32,925 nt of DNA from Candidatus Nanohalobium sp. (GTDB lineage: Archaea; Nanohalarchaeota; Nanosalinia; Nanosalinales; Nanosalinaceae), in assembly GCA_042217545.1 (NCBI GenBank), contig JBDGSM010000024.1:20374-53298 (forward strand), read 5' to 3'. This document shows positions 26,255 through 32,925 of the stretch, in pieces. Made by a program: the position numbers and the translations under genes. Position 1 is the first letter of the stretch. Each line of letters opens with the position of its first letter. The notes below the pieces were generated by a model, which ran no database searches, was not told the origin of the DNA, and saw nothing but the letters and a program-made list of their open reading frames with translations.

Positions 26255-28147
26255 CTAGTAGACTATCGGCGGCCTCGGGACAGGACCTGGTAGACCCTGT
26301 TTTTCCCGGAATCTGATGTTTCTAACTGTTTCCCAGTTGTTTTCGTTGATTACTGTCGCGTTGCTGTCGCCGAAGATATAGAGGTAGTCGTTGACATATG
26401 TTGCGCGTTTGGGATCGGTCAGGTTGACTTTTTTAACCTCTCTTAGGCCTTTACTGTAGCTGAAGATGTGACCTCCGCTGCTTCCAGGGAGGAAGAAGGC
26501 CCTGTGTTTCCTGTCGATCTTGAACGCATGGTGAGAGTTTGAGATGCTGGAGTACCAGTCGTCCAGCACCTTTGAATCCTCTACTTCAGGTTTCTTACCC
26601 GAAACGTCAAAGATCACAGCCTTCACTTTTCCGTCTTCTTTTCCTATGCCAAGGATCCGATCACCGGATAGTGGATGTAGGTAAGAGGAGAAGCCAGGTA
26701 GCTTCAGCTGCCCCACCAGTTCAGGACTTTCGGGATCAGAGATATCCACCATGTGGAAGGGATCCACGTGTTTGTACGTAACTATGTAGGCCTTGTCGTC
26801 AATGTACCTGACCGCGTAAATCTGTTCGTTGAGTCCCAGTCCCTGAATCTGTCCTTTCCTCTCTAGATCTCTGTCGAGTATGTAGAGGTCGTTGGCTGGT
26901 TCGGCGTTGAACCTCCATCCCAGGCCTGATGTCGTGGCTATCCTGAGGTTTCCTTCTTTCTCGCTGAGTGAGAACTGGTTATTGACTTTTCCAGGTACTG
27001 ATCCCTGTGCCTGAAGACTCAGGTCCAGGCTGAACCGGGCTATACCGGTCTTGGAAAGTTTTCTCTTCCTCTCCGTGGTGTAGTTGCTCCATGCGTTCTG
27101 GAATTTTTCCCTGGCTTTCTTCCTGTCTGCTCTGGAGAGCCGGTTCATGTATCTCTGGATGGCCTTGTTGACCTCGATCTTGAGAGCCTGGTCGCTGAGG
27201 TTGTACCCCTGTAACTGGTCGATCCTGTCCAGGGTTTCCTGGTCAAAATACTTGCTACCCTCATCTCCAAGGAAGTTCATCATCACCTCCATCCTTGACT
27301 TCCTTGTTAGATACGTCAGGTAGATCGAATCCTTCGAAACGTAGATTACCGTGTTCCAGCCGGAGCCGACGAAGCCAGCAGTCTTCTCTACTTCTCCGCT
27401 TTCAGCATCAATCTTCACTATATTATACGTCGTGGAACTCCCCTTGCCAGATGAAGGCCTGTAGAAACTTGTACATGAAATCGCCACGCCACTCATAGGC
27501 CTTACGGGACATGGTGCTGATACATCAACGTTCTTCCTCAGAACGAGATAGATGCTTGAGTTTATCTTTCTGGCTGAGACAGTGCTGCTGGAGTTCAGCT
27601 CCAGGTTCCAGTTCCTCTCGTAACTGTCCCTGTCGTAGGAAGTGATGTTTCCACCGAGGAAGACTACCGAGTTATTGCTGAGGAACATCTTCCCGCTCTC
27701 AGGGATCTCGGCAGTCCTGGAGAAGTTCTCTGCGGGAAGAGGCCTGAAAACTGAAGTATTACGTCTTCCGAACCGTTTTCCATAGTAGTAAAAATTCTGC
27801 TCTCCGGAGTAGAAGATCTTCTCCCCGGCATTCTTCAGTATATCCGGTTCTCCTACGCCTTCAACCTGCACGTTAGTGGATGAATGCCTTGACGTATCTG
27901 ACCCTGAAATACCTGGCGCGCTCTGAGAGGCCTTCATACCCGACTCTGCCTGAAGCCCGACGGCTCCGCCAGATGCAACACTTCCAGACGATTGAGGATA
28001 GGATGAAACGTATTCCTTAAACTGTTTCCTGGAACTAAATTTCTGGATATCTCCCGTCCCGCTCGCTGAGGGGCTCTGCACCACCATAAGGAACGCAGAT
28101 GTCAAAAGCAGTGTTGCTGCCGCCGAAACCGCGAAATAATTCTTCAT
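26255..28147 (-). CDS. Secreted beta-propeller domain protein (COG4880-like)
   Basis: Signal peptide; STNVQVEGVGEPDILK, NQFSLSE, LRIATT, EQIYAVRY, VDPF, LKLPGFSSYLHP. Confidence 0.88.
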   Translation of the reverse strand: MKNYFAVSAAATLLLTSAFLMVVQSPSASGTGDIQKFSSRKQFKEYVSSYPQSSGSVASGGAVGLQAESGMKASQSAPGISGSDTSRHSSTNVQVEGVGEPDILKNAGEKIFYSGEQNFYYYGKRFGRRNTSVFRPLPAENFSRTAEIPESGKMFLSNNSVVFLGGNITSYDRDSYERNWNLELNSSSTVSARKINSSIYLVLRKNVDVSAPCPVRPMSGVAISCTSFYRPSSGKGSSTTYNIVKIDAESGEVEKTAGFVGSGWNTVIYVSKDSIYLTYLTRKSRMEVMMNFLGDEGSKYFDQETLDRIDQLQGYNLSDQALKIEVNKAIQRYMNRLSRADRKKAREKFQNAWSNYTTERKRKLSKTGIARFSLDLSLQAQGSVPGKVNNQFSLSEKEGNLRIATTSGLGWRFNAEPANDLYILDRDLERKGQIQGLGLNEQIYAVRYIDDKAYIVTYKHVDPFHMVDISDPESPELVGQLKLPGFSSYLHPLSGDRILGIGKEDGKVKAVIFDVSGKKPEVEDSKVLDDWYSSISNSHHAFKIDRKHRAFFLPGSSGGHIFSYSKGLREVKKVNLTDPKRATYVNDYLYIFGDSNATVINENNWETVRNIRFREKQGLPGPVPRPPIVY

Positions 28148-28216
28148 ACAGAAGTATTTCTCCACTACTTGTTTTAAAATGTGAGGCCTCTGTTCGGAAA
28201 AAATAGAACTCTCAGG

Positions 28217-28783
28217 TTACTCTACCTCGATATCCACGTTTCCGACATTCTGCTTGACCAGCGGTGCAGCCAGGTTGTAGAACTTGTCCGAAAGTGCCTT
28301 CTGCCGTCCAAGGAAGAATGAATTTGCCAAAGGTAATTTCTCTGCAAAGACCTGACGGCCCTTCAGAACGTAGTCGCTGTCCTGATAAGGATCTTCAAAC
28401 GCCAGAACGGCTTCCTCTATCGTGGCTCCTCCTGTTTCTCCGTCCTCAACCAGCCTGGAAGGAGAGTTCCTGTAACCTATATCAAAGAGCTGTCCCCGGC
28501 CATCCATGAATCCTGAAGGCCTGTTATCCTGCATTATCTGCTGCATTTCCTGGATCTGTTCTTCATCGACTTTGAGAACCTCTTCTTCCTCCACTCTGGG
28601 ATCGCTGAAAAGTTCATGGTATGCGTTAAGCGATAGAGCACTGTAGGCCTCCTTGCTGTTCGTTATTTCTTCTTCCAGGACCCCTTCAAGGCCCCATGGA
28701 TCGCTTGCGTACGTTCCCATTTCAGGGTAGGGATCAAGTTTTCTTTCAAGGTCGACATCCCGGTCTGTCTCGTATCTAATCAT
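28217..28783 (-). CDS. Hypothetical acidic protein
   Basis: 188-aa ORF with 8-nt overlap with the upstream gene. Confidence 0.7.
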   Translation of the reverse strand: MIRYETDRDVDLERKLDPYPEMGTYASDPWGLEGVLEEEITNSKEAYSALSLNAYHELFSDPRVEEEEVLKVDEEQIQEMQQIMQDNRPSGFMDGRGQLFDIGYRNSPSRLVEDGETGGATIEEAVLAFEDPYQDSDYVLKGRQVFAEKLPLANSFFLGRQKALSDKFYNLAAPLVKQNVGNVDIEVE

Positions 28784-29090
28784 GGCCTTCCACCAGCGGT
28801 TCCCTGAGATCCGCTATCTTGCCGAAAACTTCACCATATACTTCAGGATCCTCGATTATCTCATAAGTTCTCCTGTCGCCGTCCTGCATTAGGAGGCCTG
28901 CTTCACTAAGTACTTCAAGAGCTCTAAGGCCCTGATCGTTCCTGTCAAGATCTTCTGGTCTGAGCTCGTCGTTTTCCCTGAAGGATTTATCGTACTCCTC
29001 CGCCCGGCTCACGATCTCGTAGAACGCGACACCGGAGGTATTTACTATTTCCTTGTATGCCTGTTCAGCATCTTTGTTCTCGAACTCCAT
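28776..29090 (-). CDS. Hypothetical protein, possibly winged-helix
   Basis: RALEVLSEAGLL...RRTYEI resembles a wHTH wing. Confidence 0.6.
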   Translation of the reverse strand: MEFENKDAEQAYKEIVNTSGVAFYEIVSRAEEYDKSFRENDELRPEDLDRNDQGLRALEVLSEAGLLMQDGDRRTYEIIEDPEVYGEVFGKIADLREPLVEGHD

Positions 29091-29152
29091 CAGGATATCT
29101 ACACTGAACTGTAACTTTTATTATTCTTACCTAACAACGCTGGTTTTTTCCT

Positions 29153-29620
29153 GTGCCCGATAAAAAGTTGGACCTGGAGACATCAATCAACGGGGGAACG
29201 ACAGTGGATTTCAAAGATCTCGAGAAAGGCCTTAAAATCCTGTTCAACGACAGGAAGACTCCGCTGGAGGTTGTGGAGAAAGAGGATGAGAAAGCTATCG
29301 TTGAAGGACCTAACGGCGGGCGTTACGAGGTATATACGGATGAAGGAACCTTGCTCGTGTCGAAGGAGGGCAGCAGACGTTACTCCAGTTACTGTGAGGA
29401 TCTTCGTTCCGTAGGTGAGTGGCACCATGAGGAAGACACCTGGACTCATTCCAGGACCGGTGCGGAAGTTTCTCTGGAGAAAAAGAGCAACGGGTTCTGG
29501 ACTGTCAGGACTGAAGGCCTTGAGGACGAGATGGATACTCCAATGTACGGTTACTCCGACAGGGAGTTCGCTGAGGAGGACGCAGAGAAGTTTGTGAAGA
29601 ATCATCCTGAAGGACGGTAA
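29153..29620 (+). CDS. Hypothetical protein
   Basis: 155-aa acidic ORF, GTG start (exact start uncertain). Confidence 0.7.
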   Translation: MPDKKLDLETSINGGTTVDFKDLEKGLKILFNDRKTPLEVVEKEDEKAIVEGPNGGRYEVYTDEGTLLVSKEGSRRYSSYCEDLRSVGEWHHEEDTWTHSRTGAEVSLEKKSNGFWTVRTEGLEDEMDTPMYGYSDREFAEEDAEKFVKNHPEGR

Positions 29621-29660
29621 CCCGGGCGAAATGGTCTTTCTCTAAAAGCTTACGCCCCAG

Positions 29661-30293
29661 ATAAAAAATGAAAGGCCCTCGGTAACGAACGCAGAACAAC
29701 CTGCACTGGACGTTATAGAGAGGAAAGCGGAGGATAAAAACTCCCGGCTGACAGAACCGGATGAATACATGGAAAAAGAAGCTGAAGGGCCTCTGAAGCT
29801 GAGATATGCTGGTGAAACCTTTGAATCAGGCCTGAAAGCCGGTTATCAGATAGAGAACATGAACACCGCGATCGAAGCCATAGAACGTTCAGGCCTTGAA
29901 GCACAGGAAGAAGCAGTTATAGCGGCATTGAATGAGATCAACGTACCTGGCAGAATGGAGAAGATATCGGAAAGGCCTGAGCTGTTCGTGGATGGAGCAC
30001 ACAACAAGGAAGGCATGAAGGCCCTGACTTCTTCGATAGACAGTTTTGACACCATGGTCTTCGGCTGCATGGAGAAAAAGCCCTACAGAGATATGATCGG
30101 GCTTCTAAGACCTCACACGGAGAACATGATTTTTACAAGGCCTGAAAAAGATCATGCCTGGAACCCTGAATCAGTTGAAGATGGTAAAATAGTTGAAAAT
30201 CCTTTTAAAGCTGTCAAAGCTGCAGAAGGCTGCACACGGGTTACCGGTTCTCTTTACCTGGCAGGAGCAATCAGAGAAAAGTTCAGGGACTAG
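29661..30293 (+). pseudogene. folC: 5'-truncated folylpolyglutamate synthase (C-terminal part only)
   Basis: YQIEN..TA, PGRME, VDGAHN, VTGSLYL; homology extends in frame to IKNERPSVT at 29661, upstream TAA at 29643; P-loop domain absent. Confidence 0.75.
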
Positions 30294-30296
30294 AGT

Positions 30297-30869
30297 TCAG
30301 TGTTTTTCAGCGAACTCCCTGAAGCTGTTATAGGTCTCCGAGGCAAAAACTTTTTTCGTAATGCTATCCGTTATCAGGACGGTTCTGAGGCCTGCTCTTT
30401 TGCCAGCGACGAGATCCTCTATCGAATCGCCTACATAGATAAATTCTTTGCGTCCAAGGCCTGATTCCGTTATTATTTTTTCGATTCCTTCGGTGCTTGG
30501 CTTTCTGCGCACGTTTCTCGGTGTTACCACTTCGTCCAGCAGCTGGTCGAGACCTAGCTCCTCGATCTTGTAATCTGTGCTCGGGTGAGGTGCGTTTGTC
30601 AGACCTGCCTGGAATCCGTCTTCTCCCTTCAGGAAGTTTTTGACTCCTGGGGCAAGCTTTATGAGGCCTTTCTCAGTGTATTCACGGGTTTTCTTCAGGT
30701 GGTTGCTGCTGTAACGATGTTTAAGCTGTTTCAGGATTGATCCGGGCTGTTCCTGTGAATCTTTGTTTCTTTGACTTTTTAGAAGTTCCCTGAACGTCAT
30801 GTATGCGGCGTAATGTGGGACATCGGAGTTCTTGATCAGTGTATCGTCCAGGTCGTAGATATAGTTCAT
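30297..30869 (-). CDS. HAD superfamily hydrolase
   Basis: DLDDTL, LTN, KP, YVGDS..D..AG. Confidence 0.9.
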   Translation of the reverse strand: MNYIYDLDDTLIKNSDVPHYAAYMTFRELLKSQRNKDSQEQPGSILKQLKHRYSSNHLKKTREYTEKGLIKLAPGVKNFLKGEDGFQAGLTNAPHPSTDYKIEELGLDQLLDEVVTPRNVRRKPSTEGIEKIITESGLGRKEFIYVGDSIEDLVAGKRAGLRTVLITDSITKKVFASETYNSFREFAEKH

Positions 30870-30981
30870 GTACCAGGGAGCCTTTGGAAAAAGTTCTTGG
30901 CCTTTATCTTGAAATTTATTTTGGAGTCGATAAAAGTAAGAAAAGATAGGTTGTAGAAGCGCGGCTTCAGGCCTTGCGGCT

Positions 30982-31173
30982 TTATGCCTCGACTACGTTG
31001 ACTGCTTTTGGTCCTTTGTCGCCTTCCTCTGTGTCGAACTCGACTTCTGTTCCTTCCTCAATCTCGTCGATGTCGAGATCGTTTACGTGGAAGAATACAT
31101 CGTCGTCCATGTCGTCAGTCTCTATAAATCCGTACTTCTTCTCGTCGTGGAAGAACTTGACTTCTCCTTGCAA
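30982..31173 (-). CDS. cspA: Cold-shock protein (CSD), TTG start
   Basis: GEVKFF...KYGFI, DVFFH, GDKGPKAVNV; SD AGGAGGTG 8 nt before TTG. Confidence 0.92.
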   Translation of the reverse strand: MQGEVKFFHDEKKYGFIETDDMDDDVFFHVNDLDIDEIEEGTEVEFDTEEGDKGPKAVNVVEA

Positions 31174-31285
31174 AAGTAATACACCTCCTAGATAAAACCG
31201 AGTTGGACAGTAACATTTATAATATCGCTGATGATTGGTGGTGGAATGGGAAGATTTAAGCATATTGGACACCTCAAGTTTTTCT

Positions 31286-31735
31286 ATGGAAATCTCCAGT
31301 AATGCGTTCAGTGATGGAGGCAGGATCCCAGAAAAATACGGTTACAAACGGGACAACATCCATCCTCCGCTCAAGTTCTCTGATATACCTGAAAGCGCCG
31401 AGTCACTCGCCATAGTAGTTGACGATCCTGATGCAAAGGAGCCTGCAGGGAAGATATGGGAGCACTGGTTGATCTGGAATATCTCACCTGAGACCACTGA
31501 GATAGACGAGGGACAGCAGCCTATAGGTGCCCGTGAAGGAATGAACGACTTCGGGAAGAGAGGATACGGAGGGCCAAATCCTCCGGACGGTGAGCATGTA
31601 TATAGGTTCAAGCTCTACGCACTCGACAGAGAACTGAATATCAACGATGCATCGGACAGAGAAGACCTGAAAAATGAGACGGAGAACGATATAATCGAGA
31701 AAGCAGTCCTGAAAGGATCATTCAAACCGATCTAA
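31286..31735 (+). CDS. YbhB/YbcL (PEBP) family protein
   Basis: DDPDA, HWLIWNI, GMNDFG..GYGGPNPP, HVYRFKLYALD. Confidence 0.93.
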   Translation: MEISSNAFSDGGRIPEKYGYKRDNIHPPLKFSDIPESAESLAIVVDDPDAKEPAGKIWEHWLIWNISPETTEIDEGQQPIGAREGMNDFGKRGYGGPNPPDGEHVYRFKLYALDRELNINDASDREDLKNETENDIIEKAVLKGSFKPI

Positions 31736-31740
31736 ACGTC

Positions 31741-32010
31741 TCACCTCTTGATCTCAAAGGCCTCAATAAACTCAGGCGCCTCTTCCTCAAGCTCTACTTT
31801 CTCAACTGAAGCGATACTAGGGCCTTTCCTCGCCCACTCCATTACTTCGGCGACGTCGTCTTCCTCGCCTTCCAGGACCGCTTCCACCCTGCCGTCTTCA
31901 AGATTTTTCACCCATCCGGTTACATCATTGTTTTTCGCTCTACGCCTCATAGAGGCACGGAAGCCGACACCCTGTACGTTTCCGGAGATCCAGAGATGAA
32001 CCTGTTTCAT
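31741..32010 (-). CDS. acyP: Acylphosphatase
   Basis: GNVQGVGFR, GWVKNLEDGRVE. Confidence 0.95.
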   Translation of the reverse strand: MKQVHLWISGNVQGVGFRASMRRRAKNNDVTGWVKNLEDGRVEAVLEGEEDDVAEVMEWARKGPSIASVEKVELEEEAPEFIEAFEIKR

Positions 32011-32058
32011 ACAAAGAAGAAGAGATATGTATGGAGAAAAAAGGTGTGGTCGAAGGCC

Positions 32059-32790
32059 TTACTTCACGACCCTCTCCGAACTCGTTGCTCTATCTCCGAT
32101 CGAGGTCGTTGAGTAATGTTTCTCGGCCTGGTGGAAGAAGTTGTCAAAGATTTTCAGGACCCGTTTCGCCCTGTGGAAGTTCGCATCGTTCACTTCCCTC
32201 ATCAACCTCTCCTTCTTCTCCTCAGGCATATCTTTCGTACGTATCGCCTTCTCCTTGATCGGCGGGGTCAACTCCGGATGGAACTGCACGCCGTAGACCG
32301 GCTTATCCCTATGCTGGACTCCCTGAACTGCCTTATCCGTCTCAGCAACGCTTTCCAGCTCCTCGGGCATATCTGTAACCTTGTCCTGATGCGTGTTGAA
32401 CGGGTATTCCACCGAGTCAAGACCTTCAAAAATCTCACTCTCTCTGAAATCTACAGGCCTGTAACCGATCTCATAACCGTCCATCTGCACGACTTCAGCT
32501 CCCATGGCCTTCGCGATAACCTGGTGACCGAAGCAGAGGCCTAACACAGGGATGTCATCCTCGATGTACTCCCTGGTCTTCTCGACTAATGCGTTGATCC
32601 AGGCCTCGTCCTCGTAGATTCCTGATGTCGAACCGGATATTATCACGATCTCGGGATCCTCCGGGAACTCCTGTTTCATGGCCTTGTACTTCTCGATGTC
32701 GTCGCCCAGCAACTCGTTGAACCTGTTGCTGTAACGGGGCCAGTCCAGCGTCGCATCTATCACAGAAACCCTGTGAACTGAGTTAAACAC
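32059..32790 (-). CDS. Class I glutamine amidotransferase (GMP-synthase-like); start uncertain
   Basis: ISGS, GLCFGHQ, HQD, GVQFHPE. Confidence 0.88.
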   Translation of the reverse strand: MFNSVHRVSVIDATLDWPRYSNRFNELLGDDIEKYKAMKQEFPEDPEIVIISGSTSGIYEDEAWINALVEKTREYIEDDIPVLGLCFGHQVIAKAMGAEVVQMDGYEIGYRPVDFRESEIFEGLDSVEYPFNTHQDKVTDMPEELESVAETDKAVQGVQHRDKPVYGVQFHPELTPPIKEKAIRTKDMPEEKKERLMREVNDANFHRAKRVLKIFDNFFHQAEKHYSTTSIGDRATSSERVVK

Positions 32791-32925
32791 TGGAGAACAC
32801 CGGAGAAAAGGCCTGATCAGTGGTTTTGGAAAAGTTAGAACTGGCACTATGGAAATTATCTTGAACTGTCTGCCAGAACGCATCCACCCTGTTCTACAGG
32901 ATCAGCACCGTACTTCATGTGTAAA

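Noticed and set aside
32820..32925. Partial gene at the right edge
   Set aside because: Too short to assign frame or product

Overview
Archaeal chromosomal window from an extreme halophile: Glu/Asp-rich proteins, TATA-type promoters, mostly leaderless genes and an intron-containing tRNA. The lineage is inferred, not proven, to be nanohaloarchaeon-like. The first 9.7 kb is a diaminopimelate lysine cluster (frameshifted dapD, dapE-like, lysA, class II lysS, dapA-dapB-lysC-asd, Lrp regulator) with no dapF or dapC. The rest holds two tRNA-Ala genes, each followed by a copy of its own 3' end, plus cdc6/orc1, a duplicated pair of small membrane proteins, an AddAB-like helicase/nuclease pair, RNA-free RNase P (HARP), an enlarged ATP-grasp ligase, a secreted beta-propeller protein, a truncated folC and small housekeeping genes. 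The most striking unexplained signal is the palindrome AGGCCT. It occurs about 150 times by manual count versus about 8 expected by chance, in all codon frames, in intergenic DNA and repeatedly between TATA boxes and start sites, suggesting an archaeal HIP1-like iterated palindrome.
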